Origin: an uncultured Candidatus Saccharibacteria bacterium
GTDB lineage: Bacteria; Patescibacteriota; Andersenbacteria; UBA10190
Direction of reading: 5' to 3'
DNA: 64,000 nucleotides
Assembly: GCA_964371255.1 (NCBI GenBank)
Contig: CAYJKV010000003.1
Span: forward strand, 86,901 to 150,900
The notes below the pieces were generated by a model, which ran no database searches, was not told where the DNA came from, and was given only the letters and a program-made list of their open reading frames with translations. Each line of letters opens with the position of its first letter. Positions within the stretch are counted from its first letter, which is position 1. Shown here piece by piece: positions 51,346 to 60,400 of this stretch. The translations under genes and the position numbers were made by a program.

Positions 51346-53232
51346 ATGCTCGCAATCTCACAAAGGCTTTGGCTATTGAATGCAATCTGCTTATTCATAC
51401 TAGCTATTTTAATTGTCCGCTTAATTGACCTGCAGGTGATTAGGAGCGGATATTTCACCGCTATCGCTACCGGTCAACGCCAAAGAGCGGCCGAACTTGC
51501 CCCTAGTCGCGGCACCATTTATTTGCAGGAACACAATAGCGGCGAATTATTCCCGGTCGCCGTCAATAACAAGAGCTGGATTGCGTATGCTGTCCCGCGC
51601 GATATGGCCGACCCATTGCAGGTAGCCGAAGAATTGGCACCGGCCTTACTCCAATTTCGCGAGCGCCAGCAACAACAGGTTTCATCGATCCTGACGGATA
51701 CGGGCCAGGTTTCTAACCCAGCGCCTGATGTGCCTGATCAGCCTAGTTACGATGATCGCTTGGCCACTCTGCGGGATGAGCTTTATCGCAAGTTTAATCA
51801 GCACGCTGATCCCTACGAACCATTTTTAAAATTCTACGAATATTTAGATGAGGAATTCTATAACTATTTGTCCGAACATGATTTCGCCGGTATCAGATTG
51901 GAGGAAACTACCTCCCGTATTTATCCGGAAAAATCATTGGCGGCTCATGCCCTGGGCTATGTTGGCTGGCTAGATGATAAAAAGATTGGCCGCTATGGTA
52001 TTGAAGGCAACTTCGAATCGTCACTGGCTGGCGATCTCGGTTTCTTTAGTATGGAACACGATACCGCTGGGCAATACATCGGTGTCGGGTCCCGGCAGTT
52101 TGAACCGGCCACGGATGGGGAAAGCATTGTTCTCACCCTGGACCGTGTGATTCAGTCGGCGATAGAGGACGAGCTTAAAGATGGAGTAACCCGTTACGGG
52201 GCTGAACGCGGCAGCGTCATTGTTATGAATCCTCGCACCGGCGCTATTTTAGGCATGGCTACCTATCCCACCTATGATCCTAATTATTATTACGCTATCA
52301 ACGACGCGAAAGTCCAGCTTAATCCGATCATCTCTGACATCTTTGAGCCGGGCTCCGTGCTCAAGCCCGTTGTTATGTCAGCGGCTATTGAGGAAGGATT
52401 AGTCACGCCGCAAACAACTTTCAACGATACCGGACCTGTCAAAGTTGCGAAATATACTATTAATACTTTTGATGGCCAACATCACGGCGTTCAAACCATG
52501 ACGCAGGTACTGGAAAAATCCAACAACATTGGTATGGTCTGGGTTGGACAACAGCTGGGCGCTGAAACAATGTACGACTATTTACGGCGCTTTGGTTTAG
52601 GAGAAAAAACCGGTGTTGAATTAGAAGGCGAAACGCAAAATACCCTTAAAGACCCAGACCAATGGAACGTCGCGACGGTGGCTACCTCTTCTTTCGGCCA
52701 GGGAGTCGCCCTCACCCCGCTGCAAATATTGAACGCCATCAATGTTATCGCCAACGACGGTACGCTCATGCAACCCTATATCGTCTCGCGTCGTCAGCCG
52801 AGCCAGGGTGAAGCGGAAGAAACGATACCGGCTCAAGTGCGCCACGTCATTTCTCCCGCGACTGCCGGTGATGTCTCCGCCATGATGGTCAGCGTCATCG
52901 AAAACGGTGTCGCCACGTTAGCTCGGGTACCCGGCTATTATCTGGCCGGCAAAACCGGTACCGCTCAAGTCCCTGATGAGACAGGCGCCTATTCGCCGGA
53001 TCGTAAAATCATTTCCTTTGTCGGTTTTGGGCCGATCGATCATCCACAATTTTCCATTATGATCAAACTAGATAATCCATCCGGGCTTTCATTCGCCTCC
53101 GGTACCGCCGCCCCGATGTTTAGGCACATCGCGGAAAAAATCATTAACTATTTACAAATCCCGCCGGATTATGACCCCACCAAGCAACCGCCCAAGTTTG
53201 AAGTCGGGGACAATAATCAAGTTGGTGCCTAG
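51346..53232 (+). CDS. ftsI: penicillin-binding protein (FtsI/PBP2-type transpeptidase)
   Basis: N-terminal TM. Transpeptidase motifs SVLK (SxxK), SNN (SxN), KTGTA (KTG). Confidence 0.85.
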   Translation: MLAISQRLWLLNAICLFILAILIVRLIDLQVIRSGYFTAIATGQRQRAAELAPSRGTIYLQEHNSGELFPVAVNNKSWIAYAVPRDMADPLQVAEELAPALLQFRERQQQQVSSILTDTGQVSNPAPDVPDQPSYDDRLATLRDELYRKFNQHADPYEPFLKFYEYLDEEFYNYLSEHDFAGIRLEETTSRIYPEKSLAAHALGYVGWLDDKKIGRYGIEGNFESSLAGDLGFFSMEHDTAGQYIGVGSRQFEPATDGESIVLTLDRVIQSAIEDELKDGVTRYGAERGSVIVMNPRTGAILGMATYPTYDPNYYYAINDAKVQLNPIISDIFEPGSVLKPVVMSAAIEEGLVTPQTTFNDTGPVKVAKYTINTFDGQHHGVQTMTQVLEKSNNIGMVWVGQQLGAETMYDYLRRFGLGEKTGVELEGETQNTLKDPDQWNVATVATSSFGQGVALTPLQILNAINVIANDGTLMQPYIVSRRQPSQGEAEETIPAQVRHVISPATAGDVSAMMVSVIENGVATLARVPGYYLAGKTGTAQVPDETGAYSPDRKIISFVGFGPIDHPQFSIMIKLDNPSGLSFASGTAAPMFRHIAEKIINYLQIPPDYDPTKQPPKFEVGDNNQVGA

Positions 53233-53300
53233 ACCTTGTGGGTCGATTTTGAAAGCCATTTTTATACTGACGCTTTTCGAGATAAACTAATCGCACAGCT

Positions 53301-54542
53301 ATGCTAAAAAAAATTGGCCAGACCATCCTATGGCTGCGCGCTAAGGATTATTTACAGCGTTATCACCTGCCATTGATTGGTGTTGCTGGGAGCACGGACA
53401 GAGGTGTCGCGACGGCAGCCATCGCCGCTGTCTTTTCCACCACCTATCGCGTCCGCCATTCTCCCTTGGGAGCCAACACGCGCGCCGGTATCGCCTCCTC
53501 TATTCTGGGCATTGCCGCTACCCGCGCCAGGCAACCATGGTATCAGTCATTACCCCGCAGTAAGGCTAAGGAGCTTACCGATTATGAACCCGATGTCATC
53601 GTTTTAGAATTGGGCGCCAGCCGTCCGGGCGATATTGATTATGCAGCCACTCACCTGCCTTTTCAGGGAGCAGTGGTCACCAACGTCCATTCCTCCCACC
53701 TGGACCTCTTCGCTAGTCAAGAGTTAGTAGCACACGAACTGGCGTCCCTGGTCGTCTCTACAGCCCGCAGTGGTTTTGTCGTGCTCAATGTCGATGATCC
53801 GTTAGTGCGTGATATGCAGACCAAGAGCCAGGCTCGCGTCATTACTTATGGGACATCAGCTGACGCGACTGTTCGCCTACTGCACACCAGATCTCGTGGT
53901 CGCATTGGCGTTGCCTGCGCTGTTAACATTGCCGGACATATTTATGAACTTCATTTCCCCAACATCGTCTCTGAATATCAAATTCCTTCCCTTATCAGTT
54001 CGTTAGCGGTCGCTTATGCCATGGGTATCAACTTATCTAAAGCTATCAACGCCATCCAGCCCCTCCAACCAACACCTGGCCATATGAGATTCCTGGCCGG
54101 GCACAATCATGCGGTTTTGCTTGATGACAGCTATGATGCGTCCCCGGAGAGCACCCACACGGCCCTGCAAACGCTCCGCTCATATCCGGCGACAAGAAAA
54201 ATTGCTATTCTTGGCGATGTTTTGGATCTGGGAACGCAAACCATTACTTCCCATCAGCAAATTGGACATACGGTCGCGGGAGTTGCCAATATCTTTGTCG
54301 CGGTCGGCAGCCACATGCGACACGCCGGGGCAGCGGCTCTCCGTCACGGCTCCGGCAACCAGGGACAGAACAGTCTGGATATTCACTATTTTTCCTCCAG
54401 TCGCGATGTCGGCAAGTGGTTGCGCGATTTTCTGCATCCAGACGATGTTGTACTGATTAAGGGCTCTCGAGCTATGCGCATGGAAGAAGTCACCCGTCGC
54501 CTCCTAAGCAAGCCCGCCGACGAATCACAATTAGTACCATAA
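53301..54542 (+). CDS. murF: MurF-like Mur ligase lacking the N-terminal domain and carrying a degenerate P-loop
   Basis: DDSYDASPESTHTALQTL and C-terminal DVVLIKGSRAMRMEEV are MurF hallmarks. The P-loop position reads GVAGSTDRGVAT instead of GxTGTNGKTT. Confidence 0.65.
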   Translation: MLKKIGQTILWLRAKDYLQRYHLPLIGVAGSTDRGVATAAIAAVFSTTYRVRHSPLGANTRAGIASSILGIAATRARQPWYQSLPRSKAKELTDYEPDVIVLELGASRPGDIDYAATHLPFQGAVVTNVHSSHLDLFASQELVAHELASLVVSTARSGFVVLNVDDPLVRDMQTKSQARVITYGTSADATVRLLHTRSRGRIGVACAVNIAGHIYELHFPNIVSEYQIPSLISSLAVAYAMGINLSKAINAIQPLQPTPGHMRFLAGHNHAVLLDDSYDASPESTHTALQTLRSYPATRKIAILGDVLDLGTQTITSHQQIGHTVAGVANIFVAVGSHMRHAGAAALRHGSGNQGQNSLDIHYFSSSRDVGKWLRDFLHPDDVVLIKGSRAMRMEEVTRRLLSKPADESQLVP

Positions 54543-54658
54543 AACCTCTCGTCAGTGGCCGCAGATCAAAGACCGTTAACCTTTCCATCAAATTCTGATT
54601 TTCTAACTTCTGTCTTGTTATTTTACGCTTTTCGCTTTACTCTTTACATTTAATTAAT

Positions 54659-54730
54659 GGCCTCTTCGTCTAGCGGCTAGGACATCAGGTTCTCATCCTG
54701 GAAACAGGGGTTCGATTCCCCTAGAGGCTA
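54659..54730 (+). tRNA. tRNA-Glu (CTC)
   Basis: Manual fold: acceptor GGCCTCT/AGAGGCT, D-arm GTCT-AGCGGCTAG-GACA, anticodon stem CAGGT/ATCCTG region with loop containing CTC, T-arm AGGGG-TTCGATT-CCCCT. Confidence 0.75.
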
Positions 54731-55317
54731 CAAGCATTAATGAATACACACCGTCATTTGATGGTGTGTATTCATTATGGCCGAAGGCTATTTGGGGAAT
54801 CGAAGGGTATTCTAAAAACGTAAACTGCTTTACGTTTTTAGAAACCCGGGCTTCGGGGGAGTAAAATTGCCTCGAGCGCAGCGAGTGCAATTTTGCGGGG
54901 GAGAAGGATTCCCCTAGAGGCTACATCAAAAATACCTCCGCTTGCGGGGGTATTTTATGATGTTTTCTTAAGAATGAATCGAACGGTATTTCGAGAAGAT
55001 GAACTACTTTATCTTCGAGAAAACCGTGGCTGCGAAGCCTGCCTGCCGGCAGGCAGGGAGGAGTGAGTAATGTACCGTAGGTACGAAGCGAACGACGGAG
55101 GAGCAGGATTCCCCTAGAGGCTGCCAGCCTAAACAATAGACCGCTCTCATTTGAGAGTGGTTTATTGTTATGCACACAGTGCATCCGGGGAATCGAAGGG
55201 TATTCCAAAAACGTAAATAGTTTTACGTTTTTAGAAACCCAGGCTCCGCAGGAGGAGCGCAGCATCGAACGAATGTGAGCGCTGCGCGACGGGTGAAGAG
55301 AATTCCCCTAGAGGCTA
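54715..55317 (+). repeat. tandem array: four copies of the tRNA-Glu 3' terminus (ATTCCCCTAGAGGCTA) at 54715, 54908, 55108, 55302, separated by three hairpin-rich units of about 177-184 bp
   Basis: Direct sequence identity of the 16-19-nt repeats. Units 1 and 3 are about 70% identical. All three units share GAATCGAAsGGTATT - hairpin - AAACC with compensatory changes in the hairpin. Confidence 0.8.
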
Positions 55318-55438
55318 CTAGACAATAGACCGCTCTCAGTACTGTCTGCCCGCATCACAAACACCATTAAAGATCCACCTTTGCGCATCTTTTGCTCCTG
55401 CGTTTCACCAAATCTGCTTTTCATAATAGAATTAGAAG

Positions 55439-56254
55439 ATGAGAAGCAAAGTAGGCAAGAGGGGATTCACTTTAATTGAAGTCTTGGTTGTTATAGCAAT
55501 TATAGGTATTCTCGCGATCATTGTTTTAATAACTATCAGCACGCTGCGGGAAAAAGCCAGGTTGTCCAACTTGCTTAATCATCAAGGGCAAGTCGGTCAT
55601 CAGTTGGGTGCATATGCTTCGGGCATCTGGGAGATGGATGAAGGTTCAGGCCTGTCTGTAATGAACGGTTCGGAGAATCAATTCGCTGGTGCGCTAAGTG
55701 ATGTTACTTGGGTTGAAGATACGCCGGAAGGGAAAGGATACTCCTTAGAATTCAACGGTATGGACGGGGAAGTTATCCTGTCGCCAAGCGATCAACTGTT
55801 AAGCAATGCCAACGAACGATGGACAATTACTGCCTGGTTCAAACCATATTCAATCTCCTCCTCCCTAATTTTTGACCGGATCATTACGATCGGTAGAAAG
55901 AGTACTCCAGGTACTGCCGTTTCCTTACTGCTAGGTGATAGTAATAAACTCATTGTCCGGTATTACAGCGTAGCTGGTGTTGATGGTAACGAAAATTATT
56001 TCCCGGTAGGAGAAGTTTCTTTAAACCAATGGCATTTTGCCAGACTGTCTTATGACAATGGCGTTTTTGAGGCGTGGCTGGATAACGAGCGAGTGATTGT
56101 GGATGATCCGGCTGACTTTCCGACAACTGAAGATTTATATGTCATCGACCGGGGTACGTATAGTGCCATTCTTGGCTCGTGGTCGCCTGTCGATAACCAC
56201 GATCAGCACTTCCATGGCCTCATCGACGAGGTGCAAATTTATACGAATTATTGA
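55439..56254 (+). CDS. type IV pilin-like protein with LamG (concanavalin-like) C-terminal domain
   Basis: Prepilin leader and cleavage site KRG-FTLIEVLVVIAIIGILA (Glu at +5). C-terminal WTITAWFKP...LamG-like. Confidence 0.7.
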   Translation: MRSKVGKRGFTLIEVLVVIAIIGILAIIVLITISTLREKARLSNLLNHQGQVGHQLGAYASGIWEMDEGSGLSVMNGSENQFAGALSDVTWVEDTPEGKGYSLEFNGMDGEVILSPSDQLLSNANERWTITAWFKPYSISSSLIFDRIITIGRKSTPGTAVSLLLGDSNKLIVRYYSVAGVDGNENYFPVGEVSLNQWHFARLSYDNGVFEAWLDNERVIVDDPADFPTTEDLYVIDRGTYSAILGSWSPVDNHDQHFHGLIDEVQIYTNY

Positions 56255-56596
56255 AGACCTAAATTTCGCAATTTAGAAGAGCGTTCCCCCTGTTTGTATT
56301 TTATGTAGCGCTCACTACTAATAAATAATAGTCATACCACCATCTGTCGAATCGGGTATTCTCGTCAATTTTAATCCCATTATCCTCGCGCCAGTTACTT
56401 ACTGGACTGGCCTCGCGATCATTAACCCGCTGATTGGTCATCACTACGTCATGCCCTTGATTAGCCGCGGCTTTCCAGTGTGGCTGGGGAGAGATATCTT
56501 GAAAAATTCATAGACCCCCCGATCAAACCAATTGACTTATACTCCTAATAAATTTGAGCCATTTTTGCCCGTGCTGCCAAAGAAATATATTTCACA

Positions 56597-56630
56597 CAAA
56601 AAGAGGGCGCTAAATAGCGCCCTCTTTTTC
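56597..56630. terminator. bidirectional Rho-independent terminator
   Basis: AAAA-AGAGGGCGC-taaata-GCGCCCTCT-TTTTC. Confidence 0.75.
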
Positions 56631-56644
56631 TGTGTTACAAACAA

Positions 56645-56911
56645 TTAGCCTCTGTGCTTTCCGAAACAGTCCCGGCAGTATACCGGTCTGTCACCTGTTG
56701 GCTGGAACGGAACTTTTGCCGATCCTCCACAATCCGCACAGGTGGCATCGTACATCTGTCGATCTCCACCGCGTGAGCCGTGTTGTTTCTTGAAACAGTC
56801 GTTACAGTATACCGGTCGGTCACCCGACGGTTGGAAAGGAACTTTTGCGTCCTTGCCACACTCGGCACACTTTACGTCAAACATTTGACGTTCCTCGTTA
56901 AAATCTCGCAT
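56645..56911 (-). CDS. tandem CxxC-x17-CxxC zinc-ribbon protein
   Basis: Two repeats of F/YDxxCAxCGxxAKVPFQPxGDRPVYCxDCF with exactly 17 residues between the CxxC pairs. GGAGGAG RBS. Confidence 0.65.
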   Translation of the reverse strand: MRDFNEERQMFDVKCAECGKDAKVPFQPSGDRPVYCNDCFKKQHGSRGGDRQMYDATCADCGGSAKVPFQPTGDRPVYCRDCFGKHRG

Positions 56912-57145
56912 TGATAATCTCCTCCTTTCGTGTTAGTCCCTGACGGGACCCTAAATCGAGGTCTTCGCACTCCTTTAAGTCGACGCTCGATTTAACACAA
57001 AAGGTCTCTCTACACGTCTCCTGCGAGGAACGTTTCCCTCAGTCCAAATCTTGCCATATATAACTCATTATTGTCAACTCTATTGTGATGAATAGTAATT
57101 CTCCCTAAACTTAAGTAATTAATTAACATTTATCACCTTTTTTCT

Positions 57146-57763
57146 ATGAAATTTACTTTGCCGAAACTGACCTTCGCGTATGACGACCTGGAACCTTATT
57201 TTGATGCCCGCACGATGGAGTTACACCACACGAAACATCACCAGGCATATACCGACAAACTTAATGACGCCGTCTCCAAGCATCCGGAATTGCCGGACCA
57301 ATCAGGCGAGGAATTATTAATGAATTTAAGCGCTTTACCTGCCGATATCAGATCCGTGGTGCAGAATCAGGGCGGAGGCTACGTTAATCACAACTTTTTT
57401 TGGGACATATTATCTCCAGAAAAAAAGAGTATTCCCGACTCTGACCTCAAAAAGGAAATCGTCGCCAAATTTGGCAGCTTTGACCGTTTTACAGCTGACT
57501 TTACCGCGCAAGCGGCTGCTCATTTCGGCAGCGGTTGGTCTTGGCTGGTGGTTGATGGAGACGATCAATTACAGCTTATTACTACGATGAATCAGGACAG
57601 TCCGCTAAGCTTAGGCCATGCACCAATCTTGGCTTTGGATCTTTGGGAACACGCCTATTATCTTAAATACCAAAATCGGCGGCCGGAATATATCACTGCT
57701 TGGTGGTCGATTGTTAATTGGCCGTCGGTAATCGCCAAGTACAATCAAGCGCTTAAACACTGA
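57146..57763 (+). CDS. sodA: Fe/Mn superoxide dismutase
   Basis: [25 protein letters not shown]... and [18 protein letters not shown] Fe/Mn-SOD signatures. Confidence 0.9.
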   Translation: [205 protein letters not shown]

Positions 57764-57826
57764 CTTGGATTGTCTTACCTATCCGTAAAGATTAGTCATA
57801 GACTGTATAAAATGCTCACCTAAAAG

Positions 57827-59416
57827 TTGGGACTAGCTAAATCGTCAGATTTTGGCTATTTTAACTTCATGCAGCTGCGCGAAGATGTCAAAAATTTAAT
57901 TACCTATTTTCAGGTGCCTGCCGTTGAACCGGCGCCGGAGAGCCTGATTGAAGTATCATCGGCCACTAAACGCATCGCGTTTGCCTATGAACGTTTTCGC
58001 AATACTCTGGAACCAGACGAAGAAGAACTTCTGCGCCGCAAAGCCATTTTGCGCATTCTCGAACGGCGCCTCTTTGAGGATCGATCCCCGGTGACCATCG
58101 CCACCACGTTATTACAGGAACTCATCCGCGCCAACTATATTAAGAATTCCCCTAAATCCTACGCCCAACAAATCGGTCACATCCTACGCAAAGCGAAACA
58201 AATTTACACCGCGCTTTCCCCGGTTAATGCGGAGTGGTTCTTGCGCTTGGTCGCTGTAGCCATCGACCATCATCTGTATCCGCCTGATCGCCAGGAGGCC
58301 TTGGTCCATCTCATGTATCATGACACATTTCCCCGGATTGCCTGGACGGACAATTTCGTCACGGAAGTCGACCGGCCAACCCAGCTCTATCTGGCCTGTC
58401 ACCGCGCTCTCTTTGCCGCCGATAATAGCGAGCTGGCCTATCATTATTTTGTGCATCACTTTCCCGAGTGGCAGCAGGATGAATTTGACATTGCGCAAGT
58501 CGATCACATCGCCAAAAACATTCCCCAATTCCATAACTTTATCACTAACGCCCTCGAGCATCCTGCCTGTGACCGACTAACCCGTTTGTTGCGCCCCATT
58601 GCTGTCCCGTATCTGACGCTGCGCGACATGGTGACGGAGCGGGGAGAAAGCGTTTTTGATTCAGAGCAACTCTTCACCGAAGCCGCCCAGGAAGCGGTCA
58701 CCCATCGCACAAAAAAAACCCGTAGTCGGATCAGCCGGCGTGCCTGGCATAGCATCCTATTTTTATTCATGACTAAGACTCTTTTGGCCTTATTGCTGGA
58801 AGTGCCCTATGAGAAATATCTGATTGGCCAGATCCATTATCTATCCTTGGCCGCCAACATTACTTTCCACCCTTTGCTCCTCTTTGCCCTCGCGACCAGT
58901 GTCCGCCTGCCCGGACAACGCAACACCGAACGCGTCATTGAACAATTACGCAAGATAGTCTTGGGAGAAGGGGAACTGCCCACGGTTATGATTAGTGCTC
59001 CTCGTCGTTATGGCACGACAACCTGGTCCGCCTTCGCGATCTTTTATGCCCTTCTATTTATCGTGATCTTTTGGGGTTTATTCACCTTGCTTGATCGGCT
59101 CGAGTTCTCGCTCCTAGCCATGTTTTTCTTTGTGATCTTCTTGGGTTTAGTTAGTTTCTTAGCTACTCGCATCCGCCGGTCAGCGGATGAACTGCGTATT
59201 ATTTATAAGGGTGAAACAATTTTCTCGGCCATGACCAGCTTTTTCGCTCTGCCCATTCTAGAGTTTGGCCGCTGGTTAGCCCAAAACATCCGCCAGCTGA
59301 ATGTCGTGCTGTTTCTAATGGATCGGGTTTTGGAAGCGCCCTTCAAGATTTTAATCGATATCACTGAAGAGTGGTTTGATTTCATTCACGACCGTCGCGA
59401 AGAAATAGTTAAATAA
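57827..59416 (+). CDS. hypothetical membrane protein (large cytoplasmic N-domain, C-terminal TM helices)
   Basis: Long ORF. TM cluster near residues 400-470. Start may be the internal Met (MQLREDV). Confidence 0.5.
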   Translation: MGLAKSSDFGYFNFMQLREDVKNLITYFQVPAVEPAPESLIEVSSATKRIAFAYERFRNTLEPDEEELLRRKAILRILERRLFEDRSPVTIATTLLQELIRANYIKNSPKSYAQQIGHILRKAKQIYTALSPVNAEWFLRLVAVAIDHHLYPPDRQEALVHLMYHDTFPRIAWTDNFVTEVDRPTQLYLACHRALFAADNSELAYHYFVHHFPEWQQDEFDIAQVDHIAKNIPQFHNFITNALEHPACDRLTRLLRPIAVPYLTLRDMVTERGESVFDSEQLFTEAAQEAVTHRTKKTRSRISRRAWHSILFLFMTKTLLALLLEVPYEKYLIGQIHYLSLAANITFHPLLLFALATSVRLPGQRNTERVIEQLRKIVLGEGELPTVMISAPRRYGTTTWSAFAIFYALLFIVIFWGLFTLLDRLEFSLLAMFFFVIFLGLVSFLATRIRRSADELRIIYKGETIFSAMTSFFALPILEFGRWLAQNIRQLNVVLFLMDRVLEAPFKILIDITEEWFDFIHDRREEIVK

Positions 59417-59512
59417 TTTTTGCCGTGTCGGTGATAATCTGCGGCGTCCTCGACCTGGCTGTGCCAAAGTTACTGTTGCCTATTCATGTAAATTTCCATA
59501 TTCTCATAAGCT

Positions 59513-60364
59513 ATGAGTAAACGCGTCATTTTTCGGATCATTTTAGCTGTCCTGGTTTTATTGGTTGGCAGCCTCGCGGTTTATTGGACTCGCCCAAGCC
59601 GTGTTGTGGAGGACGCCTTGGCTAAACTGTCCGCCTCAGATACACAGCGTTTTTACTCGACAATCTCCGTCACTAATCCTGCCGCCTCCATCGATATTCT
59701 AGGCGAAAAAGCGTCCATCGATTTGTTAATCAACGGTCAGTTCAAGCGCGAGGCCGATCGGCGGGATAGTTTGGACGCCACCATCCAATTGACTACTAAA
59801 ACGGAAACCTTAACCATGTTAATTGAAGCCAACACTCGTTTTATCGGTGACCAGGCTTTTTTCCAAATAACTAAAGCGCCGCCATCGCTGCCAGTTCTCG
59901 CGCAATTAAAAAATATCTGGATCGAGTTACCACGCGGCACTCAACAGTCGCCGTCCACTTTGCCGGATCCTGAAACCACTTTTATTGACGTTAAATCGGG
60001 TTCTCGTGAGGACCTGGATGGAACCACTGTGAAAATATACCACGCCACCGCCACCTCAGCGGCAGTCATTAGAATGATGGACGCTATTGCCCAGGTCTTA
60101 GGTACACACTTAACTGCTGAACAAATTACTAACATCCAGCAGGGGATTGCCAACGCGGAAACTGTGCCGATCGAACTGGCCATCACCCCTTGGACCAACG
60201 AAATCCGCCGCATTTCATTAAATACCACTGTTCCTGGTAGCAATAACAACATGAGTATTGAGCTAAAATTTATCGATCGCAACGCACCCGTAGAGATTGC
60301 TGCACCCGCTGACGCTAAAAAAATTAGCGATATCGCCGGTGCCTCCAACACTAATAACGAATAA
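59513..60364 (+). CDS. hypothetical secreted protein with N-terminal signal anchor
   Basis: N-terminal signal anchor IFRIILAVLVLLVGSLAVYW. Confidence 0.5.
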   Translation: MSKRVIFRIILAVLVLLVGSLAVYWTRPSRVVEDALAKLSASDTQRFYSTISVTNPAASIDILGEKASIDLLINGQFKREADRRDSLDATIQLTTKTETLTMLIEANTRFIGDQAFFQITKAPPSLPVLAQLKNIWIELPRGTQQSPSTLPDPETTFIDVKSGSREDLDGTTVKIYHATATSAAVIRMMDAIAQVLGTHLTAEQITNIQQGIANAETVPIELAITPWTNEIRRISLNTTVPGSNNNMSIELKFIDRNAPVEIAAPADAKKISDIAGASNTNNE

Positions 60365-60400
60365 TTACTCTTCCGACCTTCCCACCCACCCCCTGTTTCT

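Noticed and set aside
54715-55317. CRISPR array interpretation of the tRNA-Glu 3'-end repeats
   Set aside because: Repeats are only 16-19 nt, the spacers are about 180 bp and mutually homologous, there is no leader, and no cas genes are present.
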